Shown here: positions 30,501 through 64,000 of the stretch, in pieces
Layout of the letters: every line of letters starts with the position of its first letter
How positions within the stretch are numbered: the first letter of the stretch is position 1
DNA from: Bugula neritina
Lineage: Eukaryota; Animalia; Bryozoa
Length of the DNA: 64,000 nucleotides
Assembly (NCBI GenBank): GCA_964035545.1
Contig: OZ037768.1
Location: 6,666,741-6,730,740, forward strand
Direction of reading: 5' to 3'
Notes under the pieces: generated by a model
The model's input: the letters and a program-made list of their open reading frames with translations, nothing else
What the model was told of the DNA's origin: nothing
The model's database searches: none
Translations under genes and position numbers: made by a program

Positions 30501-33500
30501 ATTCTTGTATTCTATATAGCACACATTTCCCCAAGAAGAGATGGCTGGTAGGATGCAACTTCTTATATCACTTGCTACGTAGGCTGGGCATAGCATTTAA
30601 AGAGGGTACAGATGACTTTGCACCCACCTATTCAAAGCCTATCTATTTTTTATGATGTGTACAATATGTCAGCTTAAGTGACGGTGGAGTAGCAGTAATA
30701 GTTGTTGAGAGAGACTCAACAGTGCAAACATTCCCGTGATACAATTACTGCTTGGGATATACTCTGATAGAGGAAGTATTACACATATCTGGAGCCATTG
30801 AACGTTGTGCTCTACACCATTATATCTAATGGAACTGCTTCAAAATAAAATATACTTTGCTAAGTTATCTAAAATGGAGTATATCACCTACTTGCATGCA
30901 GGGTGTATTGAAATATTACTGCAATATGGCCTAGGGGTGATAGGTGTAAGTGTTTTGTCATTCTACTTGACATTGACTTTGAGTAATGGCTACAAGAAGG
31001 GAGATATTAGGACAAATTAATTAATTGCTCAAGAGATTGGCTACAAGTGGCTAATAGTCTAATAAGAATACTTGAACATACGACTTTTCCATCATAAATG
31101 AGTAGATAATATGTGTGTATACGCCATTAAATACAACGTGAAATTGTCGCCAAATTACAAGGCTGACTTTTTAAAGAGTAATTGTTATAGGTGACTGTGG
31201 TGATTAGCAATATGTTCCAAGAAGTATCACGCAATTATCTAAAAGAAATCATCTGCCTGTATTGCTATAAATGCCAAATTGTGACCAAAGCCCAGCCATT
31301 TGATACAATTATGTGACAAAACAAAGTAATTAAGAAATCAGTTGCGTTAAAATGCTAAGCACCATATGGAGCCAGGATTCAGCCTGAGTCAGATAAAGCA
31401 AACCAAGCCCTTCCTATTAGCAAGTTTCCCTTTTACTGAGAAGTCTATTGCTAGTAGATATGTAGCGCACAGATAAACTTGTTTTGCTTTAAGAAAGTTG
31501 GCAAAAGTAGCTAAAAAGTAAAACATATACAAATGCAGTAGATTTAGGTACTGCACAATTTTGCAATCACAGTAACTTTCATATATCAAGGCAATAAATC
31601 TAAAACTTATATCGCTGATAATTTTCTTGACAGCAAAACAGACATTGAATAATTGAAGTATTACATCCATGTATATACTTTACTGTCTAATACCTAGAAA
31701 GGAAATACTTTAATAATTGATATAGGCATCTTAAAAACTTGGTATGGTGAATTAAAACAAATTAGCTTACCTTGGAAAGATTATATATAGGCTGTAAGTT
31801 ATGGAAATTCAAATTATTATGTGCAAAGAATTATTATTTTTTATCTCATTGAGCATGTCACTTTCAATTAAGGCATGTCCTTTTCTGGAGCCATATTAGC
31901 ATAATGGTTGTAAAAATGGCACCAGAGCAGCCAATAACGCTATGATTATATAACTAACGTAAAATGTAAATGATTAATGTCTCTTCACATTCCAGATATG
32001 TACGTTATTAAAATTTAGCACATTTGATTTTAAAGCATGACCAGCTCTGAGCCCACATTATAAAGAAATTTCAAAAGAGGTTCTCAATAAACCTTTATGT
32101 AGAAATTCTCATAGATGAGCTTTTAAAAAGTTTTAACACTACTGACTTGAACTTAGAAAACTAAACCCTGTGGAATAGTAAAATTTAATGACAATCTGCA
32201 AAAAATCAGAATAAACTACATGAAAAGTTTTCTTTTCAAATTCAGATATTTATATTTTTTTAGTTTTCTCAATATTTTAGCTTGGCTACTATATTTTCAA
32301 TTTTTTTTTCTAAATTGAAACTACTTACAGAATTTATATGTGGAAAACCAAGAATATCTTTTGTACTAAATAGAATTAACTATTCTTTAAAACAGTTTTC
32401 AACTTTGCTAAATATATAGCGTACTATCTAATATATAGGCCTATATACAAGCAGTAAAAAGGAAGTTTTATGTCCAGTACAGATATGGCTCTCCATTATG
32501 ATGCACTACTCAACAGCTGGATTACAATTTGTCATATAAATATCAAATTTTGTCTTCTAGTAGCAGATTGAATAGCAAGTAATGTGTATTTTGGAAATCT
32601 TCTCGTGTCACGTTTTATTTACACATCATCTAGCGCCTACAACTTTTTCAACTTTATTAGTCATGTTTACCACATGGGTTATGTTTATAGTGCATATAAT
32701 TTCTAAATAATAACAACAATGTAATATTACCATCAATCTTTTACAAACCTAGCTAAATGAAAGTTGCAATAGTACTAAAAATTTCGAATATATGCACCAC
32801 ATTAGCATATTATTAGTCACTACAAACATATAAAGAATTGGCATGTTTTTGTTTTCAAATATATCTTTATTGCAAGATTAGGGATTTTATATTATCAACA
32901 GTATACAACCTTTGCAGCTGTGATTGCTCAGAGCACAGCAGCTTTAACATAACATAACAGATAATTTATATAATGTAACTTGAATATAACATAACTTATA
33001 TATATATATTATAATGTTGTGAGTATTAAACAATTAAGCTACAAAATCCTCTGATAAATAAAAGATGTCACTTGCAAGTTTATAGTAAGACAGAATAGAG
33101 AAATAATGTACATGGCTAAAGATATTATGTTCAAATAGTGAGTAGAGACAGAGAAATATTGTCAGCTAGCAGATGATGTATAACCCTTACATTTCCGACA
33201 CAGCTACAATCTATTATTAAAAAATTTCTATGACAGGCACTACTAGACAAACTGACAATGCAGCATCTTTAGCATAAGCCCTAGATACAACACAAAATGT
33301 TTTGGTGGAAAGAACCAGCACTTGATTGCTATGGTAAAATGGCTGTCCAGGTAGAATTATAGCCACCAGAATCAAAGAAAACACCACTTGGCTATCCTGA
33401 CTAGCACTCGAGAGTAAGCTTTTATCTGGTGTGACTATGTGAGAATTTTCACCATATGCTTCCATCACCCTGGCAATTACAAGATTATGATTAATTAATT

Positions 33501-33958
33501 AAAATATGATATGATTAATAAATATGCACACAGATGCACACACCTATTGAATAGTAAAGCAATGAGAATTAATAAATGGGGAAATGTAATAAAATGGAGC
33601 CTATGTGTCAAGTGAGTATATCATTAAGTAGATATGGCGTTATATTTTATTATAAGTCTAATTAACACAAAATGTGCCTACATTGTATAAACAGACAATA
33701 GCAGTTCACACTAAACTAAACTAGGAAATAGAAATTAAACTTGTATTCATGCGATGGTCTTTGCCATCTCCAAGTACAAGACCATTAGATATGTAGACTG
33801 AAATATACCAAAAGAGTAAGAAGATAGGAGGTGTACATTATAAATGGGCACTGTTTGGTGTAACCTAAATTATTAATTTACATTACGTAAATACGTAAAC
33901 TTGTACATTCTAGATAGTAAATAACCAAATCTATGTCTTGTTATGGTAACACAAGTAT

Positions 33959-54838
<20,880 letters not shown>

Positions 54839-57800
54839 TGTTAATTAAATAAACGCCTTTTGAAGTCTAAAACTAATACAGAGCAATATTAAAAAGATAT
54901 AAAATATAATATGTTTAAAGTTGTTGGCAAAGCACTTGGGTTTGGCCTGTCAGAATCATGTTGCCCTCTTTGTTTTGAAGAATCAGCTGGTTGATTAATC
55001 GCAAAAATATGTACAACTTTTCATATCTCACTTTATTGTAAGCACAAATAAACATTTTATTTAATTTTTATTGTATTTTTATTACATTGTAAAAGTTAAA
55101 AATAACTGAAACAAGTAAAAATTATCTGCTTTTATTGTGCTTACTTTTTGAGGCTTTACTAACCTTAAAATAAAGAAGGATAACTCCATATTTATACATC
55201 TTGACGTATTTCTCTGGTTTTCGTACAATAAATTGTTATAATATTATGTTAACTATTGAATGAACTGGTGCCATTTTATAATATATGCATTAAGTTAAAA
55301 AAATTGCACAGATTCAAAAATTACACTTGCAACTTACTCAACGAGATAGAAAAATCGTCACAGCAATTTATTAGTACACAGGTTACAAATTATACATATG
55401 ACATTATTAATAGAATTACGTACAGATATAGTTGTAATTATTTTGCAGTCTACATGCATGCAATAGAATTCCATAATTTTTTCATATGTCGCCGTTAAAT
55501 TATACAAAAACAAATGTGAAAGAAAAGTAGGAACCCGTAAGAGGCCAAATATATTTTCCTGACACAGTAATGAGGGCTCAATTTAGCAAAATTTAGAAAT
55601 ATACATTGTTGCTTTGATCAATTTTGAAATGAATTTGAGATCTATGCTTAGAAACACCTCAGAATCCACAAAAACAACCAAAGCTTCTAATATTTTGTAA
55701 AGATAGTCAACAAAAAGATATACTAAAAAAAGTATAAAGTGTGAACAACTGCTTGATAAGCTGAGTTGACTAATCATGACTTTATTTTCATATATGCAAC
55801 GCCAACTTCCATGTAGCAGCAAAAACATGCATGTGTTATTTCAAATTAAAAATAAATCCCAAGACTTGACTTGCATACTGTAATGTAATGCTGTAATGTA
55901 ACCTTTTACTTGGATTGAGTTTATAAGTTTTAGAATTAGCACTTGGGTTTAGAATGTGACTGATTGTTTTTTACAGACTTGAATAATAATATCTTTAGAA
56001 TACAGGCTATCTTAGTAATGGTTTATTAGTCATTGCCATTCTAAAAATATATAGCATATGCTTCTTATCTGAAGAAGATGCAAGTTATGTATTGATGATT
56101 ATATAATAAATGTAGATGGAAATGTTAAGCCTCTGGGCATGGAACATATGTCTTCACATATTACATAAACTATTGATTTTAACCCTCCTTGTTATGCTAT
56201 GTACAATATGAAGCAACAAGCTTGTTCTCACCGCAAAAGTCTTACATGGGCTTTGCTCTGAGTATAAAGTTACAGACTTCATTTTTTTTGAGAAATGAAA
56301 AATTAATATTAAAGTTACAAAATCAATACTCTTTTTCTATCTTTGAGTTTGAGCAAATGTTAGAATTACAAATTTTTTTTCAACCATTCAGTCATAGCTG
56401 GTAAACAATGTAGTATGCAATGAGTGCTGATGATAATACTTATACCAGTATATTCATTCTAGTATGAAAATACTGACTTTTTTATACTGGTAAAAGTAGT
56501 TGCTGTAAATATTTTTAGTTGCAAAACTCATGATTCTCAATGGCTTATTTCAGAGAAAAGGTGAAAAATTAAAAATAAAAATGTTTTGCGCACATATTGC
56601 ATATTTTCTGCCTTGAGAAATCATATCATTATTTTAGCTGCTCAGTCACAAACCATAAAAAATGAAACATAGAAAGTTACACCGAGTATTTTTCTAAGCA
56701 GAGTATTTTCCTAAGCAGTTGTAGCTGTTTTACAATATTTCAACTTACTAGTGAATAACAAGGAAATAGAGTGTGACGACTCTCATCATCCTATTGTTTT
56801 TGTTGTTGTGAAACTGATAATAATTTATACATTTATACTAATTAGTCATTCACTATGTGTTTTGTACAAGGCATAGTAATGTATTATATTTTTTTTAGAC
56901 TTGCTTCAAAAATTTTATCAATCTATTTCATAAATTTGCAACAGTTGCTTCATAAATAATGAAATAATTTTATATGGTTTATAGAAGCTGTAGTAGATTT
57001 TGGCTACGTGCTAATGAATTGATTAAAATATTCTGTCATGGTATTTACACAAGCTATTATGCAGACTCTACACAAAGTATTACATAAGTAGGAGAAAAAG
57101 TGATACACCCAGTGAATCACTCATCTCATTACCTAATCGCAAGCTATGGGTGATTTCTGATAAGAGGGGGTTAGTTTGATGATATAATAACATAATTAAC
57201 TGCTTATCTCTGTTCCCTGCTGAGGAAGTTGCAGATAGTCTAAAAGACTGTACATCTAGAGGAGTATCTGACTGATGATGTAGATCATTCTAGGTCTTGA
57301 TGAGTTGCAAAATGCAGTTCACAAGTTAGAAAGTTAAATCCATAAAACTTGATAGCAAGTTTTATTAAGATTCAGTGATTTTGAATATAATAAATTCTCA
57401 ATAGCATACAATAGCACTGTTTAAATATGTGATCAATTTATTTTCTAAATATATCATGACTAACAAGAAAGCTTTATTCGATTCTAGAAATTGCACATGA
57501 ATCACTGCTTAGATAAACCAGTCATGCTGTAATTTTACCAGCCAAACTCAAGATTCAAATCAGGAATGCAACTTCTGAAAATAAAAACTTTTCCTATATG
57601 CTCATAGCATATAGTAAACTTACTTCTTTAAGCAATACGTAAAATAATTGAAATGGCTGAAATGGCAATGCTAACATATGCTCACTCTTTAAGAGCAATT
57701 AGACGAGTAAGAACTATATATAAAATTACTATACATGTGAAAGATATAATAACGATATAATATATAATATAATATTGTCTATGTTATGTATATATAATTA

Positions 57801-58237
57801 TATAAGGTGTAGCAGCTTTCAGAGCCAATGACAACTGACTGTACTTTACAACACTCAATTACAGCACGTATGAAAGACAACAATAATATATAGACAAAAT
57901 ATAATACAAATATTTAGAATGGACAATAAATATCTCGATAGCAAAGCACTCAGCAACAATGACTGGGCAGAGGGAGCTACTTGGAATACACAAGCTCAAC
58001 TGCTTTGGGTGGTTTTTACTGCTTAGGCAAATAAAAAATGGCAAATTAAAAAATTCCCAGCTGTGAACAACCAGAGTAGCTAAAAGCATTTGTTAGCTTT
58101 TTAATGAAATTAGATTTGCACCAATGGTTATAGACTTGCTTGGATATATAATATTAGAATATTAATATAGACATAAAAATAAATTTTCTGTTTGCCATGT
58201 CACTCAGCAGCGTAATTGTCTTCTCTCCGACACCAGA

Positions 58238-58400
58238 CTAAAAGCTAAATTCTTGGCAGCTGTCTTCTTCAATCTGCTTTTTAATGTTAATAAAGAAATC
58301 CATGACTGCTGCTGGCAAGGATGCTTCAACAACACTCCTCGGTACAAAGCCACCGATATCAGACTGTGCAATATAATAGATCTTAGTCTTGTTCAGCTCC
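58238..58400 (-). CDS. STARD5: STARD terminal exon
   Basis: ELNKTKIYYIAQSDIGGFVPRSVVEASLPAAVMDFF...*. Confidence 0.88.
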
Positions 58401-58544
58401 CTGAAATTACCACCATATTTACGGTCAACTATGTGCATGCTGAAGTAATGGAGAATTTAAATTTGATTTTTCAAGACTTTATAGTGTGAAAACTGAACCA
58501 TTCTTCATCACTCTGTATACAGCTGTGCATAATTTCAACAAATA

Positions 58545-58623
<79 letters not shown>

Positions 58624-61600
58624 TAGCAAACACAGAGTGAAAAACAATAATGCATACTTAACACATTCAAACAACTGTAGATCATAAAAAATGTAAACTA
58701 AAATATGTTGATAAAACGAATTATGAATATTTACACTGGTCTATTGTGTAAAATTGTTTAATATTTATGACCGAGCTTAGGCACAACCAACTCTATTCAA
58801 TGAATTTGATTTTGAAAGTACTTGACTTATTGTTCTGATTAATACTCTAAAATTTTGGGTCTCGAAAGTTAAAATAGAATGAATTCATTGCACTAACATT
58901 TTCAACTTTTTGTTTTGATCATGAATAGAGAGCATACGGAATATTTCAGCATCTTAATCCAACAATTGAGTAGCAAGCTGCACTGTGAGTAAAGCCCATA
59001 CACACTCAATAAATTGTAATACTCCAGTACAAATATTTATTCATTTTATAGAACAATGCAGAAATCTGTAGCCTGCACTCAACACAATACCCATGCAAGC
59101 AATATAACTTGGCCACAAAACTACCTAAGAGGAAACCTCACAGCAATAAAAAGCTCACCAGGACCAAATTCACATACAGCACTCACCCTGGTATCCTGTA
59201 GCACAGGATTCCACAGTAGTAGTTCTTTCCTCTTACATAATCAGGAGTGACAGGAGCTTGGTCTGATTCCACATTGTGGGCTAAAATAATAGTACAATAC
59301 AATAACGTTAGTTTAGATAAAATGTATATCTTGTCCTAGTTTAGTAATACCTATATAGTTTGACCAACATTAATGCTTCACATAACAAAAATCCCAGAAT
59401 TTCCAACAAAACTAAGTTAAATTGTTTAAACAATTTTGTAAAAGGGTATCAGATGTAAAAATTTACTAGTTGCTAGGCTCTTGTTTATGCTGTTGGGTTT
59501 TAGCACTGCATGCATAAATTTCTAAACAGTTTCACAGTAAATTAATGATATGTTGACATAAGCGGATATTAAAAGACCTCTTTTTATAGTAACTAAGATC
59601 TCTACTCTTCAATAATCTCAACGACAAACCTTTGACTAGATGCTCCCAAGCTGCATTTGCATAAACTTATAGAAGCTTACAGGTTTACTATTTGCTTAAT
59701 GACTACCCTTTTCCAGCTTGTTAATATTCCGGAGCTAATTTCATTGAACAAGTGTAACAACATTGTTGAAAAATACAATCGAGCTAATTTATAAAAAGCA
59801 TGAGAAACAATACTTAGGAGAAATTAAATAGTGCGAGTGTGTGAGTTTGAGTGTGTAAACATACATATATATGGCAAATAAAATCTAAACACCTTCACCA
59901 TTACATGTAGAATAAAATAGTCTCAACACCAACACCTTACTGACTACATTTTTGATGGAATGCTTTTGCCAAGTTAATTATGTAATACAGTTACATACCT
60001 AAAGTTCCGACAAACTCTTCATTGTTCATATTGACTACCACATCAACAAAATCTCTTGAGGAAATCAAGCCAAATCCGCAGCTCTGAGTCATTGTTCTCA
60101 GCACATACATCTCCTAAAAAATTCATCATGTTTTGAGATTCATAGATAACATATTTTTATGCCCCTAAATCTGTGGGTTTGTACTTCTTGTACTGACTAG
60201 TAGTAGTTTCCTGTGAGTTTGTTATAAGACATGACGTGGTGATTTACTGTGACAGTTATTGCGATATCCAAGCTGATGACAAGGCTACTAGGAAACAGCC
60301 TCCAGCAGGAGGAATTTGGTCAGCATATATCATATAATACAGCGCTGCTATAATTTTCTCAACCATCATCAGGTCTGGAGAAATCCAAAGGAAATTTTAG
60401 AAGACTGTTTCTAATTAGCTGAGATTTTACAATTTCCTGGCAAGTGTAATCAACAAGTAAGCAGTAGATTGTATAGCTAGAAGATAGGCTATGCTCAGCT
60501 TTTATTGTATTTCAAACACTAAAAACACAGGCTTTCATTTTTCGAAGCTCTACGAAGATGTATGCTGTTGTTGATGCCAGTGATATTGAAGAAGTTGATG
60601 AGCAGGAGCAAACTGTTGACAGTGGCCCAGTGTAAGAGGCAGAGATGCATCTGTTTCTATAAGCTAGACCTTGTGATACAATAGCCAGGTTCTCATTTTG
60701 AAAGCTACTAGTTAGTACAAATGACAAAGCAGATGACACTTGGCTATCAACTCAGTTGATGCAGAATCTGATATATTATGAAACAAAGAAGTTTATACAG
60801 TAATCTCTCATCATTAATAAGTTCACCAGGTGATTCTGAAAAAGAATTAATGAATGTATATACGGTGCTTGTTGCATGACGAGAGAAGCTGTAGGAAGAC
60901 AGCCAAGAGAGCAAATTAGCATAGGCTGATATAAGTGATAACTCATTAGTCTTATTAATTTTTGCCTTTGTTGTAACAGAACAAAAATCTAACCTAAACC
61001 ACTGTGCACTGAAGGAATGCAACATTGGCAGATGTAATGAACTTATCCTAAGTGTTATTAATGCATTGTTTGTAATATAAAGTATTTTAAACAAAAATTT
61101 AAGGATATGCAAAGTGAGCAACCAAGTACTTCATAAAGCTTATTAATTTTCAGCCGAAATGCATACTAATGCAGTGACATGTAAGAGATGTAAAAATACT
61201 ATTTGCTTTTAGCCAATGTATTAGCATAATACAATTACAATTGATATCTTCCATTTGGCACAGTCTTTTGACACAGTTAATTAACTTATCAGTAAATCAG
61301 TAATGAATGATGCATAGTCTGCCTAAGGTATGAATTGTACAACACGAAACTTTAGCTAACATGTAGTCAGACTGTACTAATCTATTGCGATCATCTGGCC
61401 AAATCATTTACAGTTTACACTTGAAAGAAGCATTGTAATGCAAGCAGTGTGGCAATAAAGTACTAATGGTATGTGTGGGCATGTCTGTATATGAACTAAT
61501 ACTCAACGCAGACTACAAGTATGTAAGGGGTGACTAGTCCGCCTAGTTATGTCCAGTAAACTACAAGTAAAAGCATAAAGACGGCATTGTACTACCAATA

Positions 61601-62653
61601 TGGTAGCAACTCTTGGAATTTATTCAGTAGTCTGCTTTATTGTGATCATTGATTGGGTACATTGTTCAATGTCAGGACACCCAGCTAGCTTCAAAAAAGA
61701 AAATATTATTTGATTGTCTGAGAAAAACAATGTAAACATGGCCTTGCTCTAGTACAAAAACCTACAGTAACCGGTGCAGCCACACAGAATCCAAGCTAAT
61801 TCAGTTTTATAGTTTCTTGAATAACTTTTGCAACCAGCATTTTTTTTTCAATGCCTCACAATAACAGTTGACACCTTTGCACTTACTGGATCATCTTTTC
61901 GCAGGTATTCAATGACTTCAAGCTCTTTTATTGCTCTGTCCCATTTCACCCTCTTTCCATCGGGCTTCGGATCACAATATTTATAGCAGGTTTCTGGACT
62001 GGCATCGATTATTCCAATTCCCTTAAAGCTAAATCAAAAAATCAATTAAGCATTAAAAATACAGCTTCCAATTATTTTATTTTGTTCTATATTTGTATCA
62101 AAACCAATACCATGATTGCATTACAAATCTTAGTACAAGCTTACAACTAGAGAAGATGGTTGAAAATAAACATATTGATGGTGATTTGGTAATATACTCT
62201 GATTAAAAGCTTTATCCTGCATAACAAAATCTTTTCAACGAAAACCTCGTGATTTGAAACTATAATGAAAAACCTAGTTTCTAAAATTTTACATTTTAGG
62301 AACTAGAGTAAAAACTAACTATTTTTAGAAACATATAAATTAGGGAGAGGACAATAACAGCTTCTAAAGTCTAAACTCTACTGGTGGTTACGTGGAATAA
62401 GGTAACAATCCCCACGGACAACTTCCCTATGGGTAACTCACCCTAATAAGCTTTAAATAATTATATAGCAACTAGTAGCTTGTATATTTTGCCTACTAAT
62501 GAATTAAAATAAGACTAAGCACACATTCTTGAAGGGCTCATGAGTAACCAGCAGCTTGCTTGCACCTACTAACTCCATTTTATAGAATATTTTTTATACT
62601 TACACATGACCAGTGAATTCTTCTGAATGTTTGTACCAAACGTTTACGCTGTT
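58238..62653 (-). CDS. STARD5: START-domain lipid/sterol transfer protein, STARD4/5/6 subfamily (STARD5-like); exon 1 beyond right edge
   Basis: Exons 62604-62653, 61887-62028, 59999-60113, 59187-59280, 58238-58400 join in phase (188 codons): SEEFTGH, RVKWD, LISSRDFVD, YVRGKNYYCG, SDIGGFVPRSVVE. Confidence 0.85.
58551..58618. repeat. (TA)n microsatellite, about 34 units
   Basis: Read directly; lies in the last STARD intron. Confidence 0.98.
59187..59280 (-). CDS. STARD5: STARD exon
   Basis: HNVESDQAPVTPDYVRGKNYYCGILC. Confidence 0.9.
59999..60113 (-). CDS. STARD5: STARD exon
   Basis: YVLRTMTQSCGFGLISSRDFVDVV. Confidence 0.9.
60540..61080 (+). pseudogene. Possible decayed coding sequence (unidentified gene or TE remnant) antisense within a STARD intron
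   Basis: Protein-like stretches (MYAVVDASDIEEVDEQEQTVDSGPV*..., SSPGDSEKELMNVY...) broken by scattered stops, with long in-register antisense shadow ORFs. Confidence 0.25.
61887..62028 (-). CDS. STARD5: STARD exon
   Basis: FKGIGIIDASPETC...GKRVKWDRAIKELEVIE. Confidence 0.9.
62604..62653 (-). CDS. STARD5: STARD exon
   Basis: NSVNVWYKHSEEFTGH, 50 nt. Confidence 0.85.
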
Positions 62654-63607
62654 CTAAAAAAACAAACAGTAATCATCAAGTACTTGTTGTTGTTGCGATA
62701 AATAAGGGATAAAATACAGTTGTTCATAAAGATAAGCTCATAGCCAAAAGTCTGACTAATACACGACAGGCTACAATGCAAGAAGTACTATAAGCTTTGA
62801 TGCAGCAAGCATAAAGGTGCGGTTTAAGAAAATGTTATTTGGTTTTGACTTGGGTTAAGTCAGCTGTCCATATCCAGAAAATTTTAGTGGTGTTGATTAT
62901 TTACAGAACTTCATCCTTGGGTGGGATAAGATATTCACTGGTAAAAAGGGGTTAACAGTAATTTAAAACAATGACTATTCTTCATGCAAGCCAAAGATAC
63001 CAAAACAAGCCCCAAATTCGGCTGGTAAGATCTCTAGGGTAAGACCTCTAGCTGGTGGACATGGTTTAAGAAGGGTGAAGTAGGGATTGTGAAACAGGTG
63101 CAGCTAGCTGAATGTGTATTATACAAGTATCAGCTTTACAAACAGACGTAAACCCAGTCAATGGCAGTACTTGAACAGGGGATTAGGTACTATAAATTGG
63201 TACTGAGTAAAAGAATAAGTAAATGGATATTGCAGAGATAGCAATGTTGGTATTGCCATCGGTAGTGGTTTGTACTGGGAGAAATTGCACTTTCAAACCA
63301 CAGACTAGCTGAAAGTAATTTCTGTCAACAGGCTGGCTTCCAGTCTGTCAACTTGGTAAAAAACACACATTTGCTATAAATATGAATGATTCGATACATA
63401 ATGTACTAACTGTAATAATTAATAGGTTTTGTGGTCAATAATAATGCAGAAATGTGGTTAACACCAATGGTAAGCCCAGACATGCTATTTCTACTAGACT
63501 CTAATGTCTTGAAAACCCTAAGTTCAGCAACAGCCTACTCCATGCTTTCAACTAAACTGGCTGTATAAGCAACATGCAGGCATTCACTACCTTCACCGAT
63601 CACTTAC

Positions 63608-63619
63608 CTCGCTATCATC
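63608..63619 (-). CDS. Candidate 12-nt microexon (DDSE) in STARD intron 1
   Basis: ttttctgctgatttcttgtag|GATGATAGCGAG|gtaagtg; phase 0-0 fits the downstream exon. Confidence 0.5.
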
Positions 63620-64000
63620 CTACAAGAAATCAGCAGAAAATATATGAAATGATCAGCTAATAAATCATATATAATAACTCAAGTTTAGCACATTTCATAG
63701 AAATTTAGTAATTATAATCATGATTTGGTTGGCTGAGAATTCTTGAAGTTGTTATAATGATCACCTTCAGTAAATCATATTGCTCAAAAAATCATTATAG
63801 CCATTGGTGTGATTCAACATCACAGGTTGTCTATGATTTTGACCACATCCTGTGCTAGTCATAAAGTACTAATAACTACCACTTGTTTTTGCCAAATTAC
63901 ATAAAATGATGCCAAGTTTTGCTTTTTACCAGAGGAATAATTGCATGTCCTTAATGGGCTGCTGTAGTCAACAACTATGACAATAACAGTGAGTATAAGC

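Noticed and set aside
33217-33468. 83-aa ORF as an alternative BCAS3 terminal exon (phase-2 join possible)
   Set aside because: No resemblance to the BCAS3 C-terminus; it lies in the likely 3'UTR of the better-supported 33959-34005 exon

Overview
AT-rich, intron-rich animal genomic DNA, probably an invertebrate bilaterian (species not determined). Four spliced protein-coding genes, all on the minus strand, were assembled by hand from GT-AG sites and phase-consistent translation. From right to left: (1) a STARD4/5/6-type START-domain gene whose first exon lies beyond the right edge; (2) BCAS3, about 790 aa, with a tiny terminal exon at 33959-34005 separated from the rest by a 9.2-kb last intron; (3) Tbx2/3 (omb-like), about 545 aa; (4) a PC1/3 (PCSK1)-type proprotein convertase whose 3' end runs off the left edge. 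Main observations: the BCAS3-to-Tbx2/3 tandem arrangement with an oversized last BCAS3 intron mirrors the vertebrate BCAS3-TBX2 genomic regulatory block; the STARD gene has a candidate 12-nt UGC-flanked microexon; the convertase has remodelled prime-side subsites and an apparently gained intron flanked by a 7-bp direct repeat; two exons start with recursive-splice-like AG|GTRAGT; and an E2F/CCAAT promoter-like island inside the convertase may drive a spliced antisense transcript. Family assignments come from my recollection of the human sequences, not from database searches. No rRNA, tRNA, CRISPR array or intact transposon was seen.
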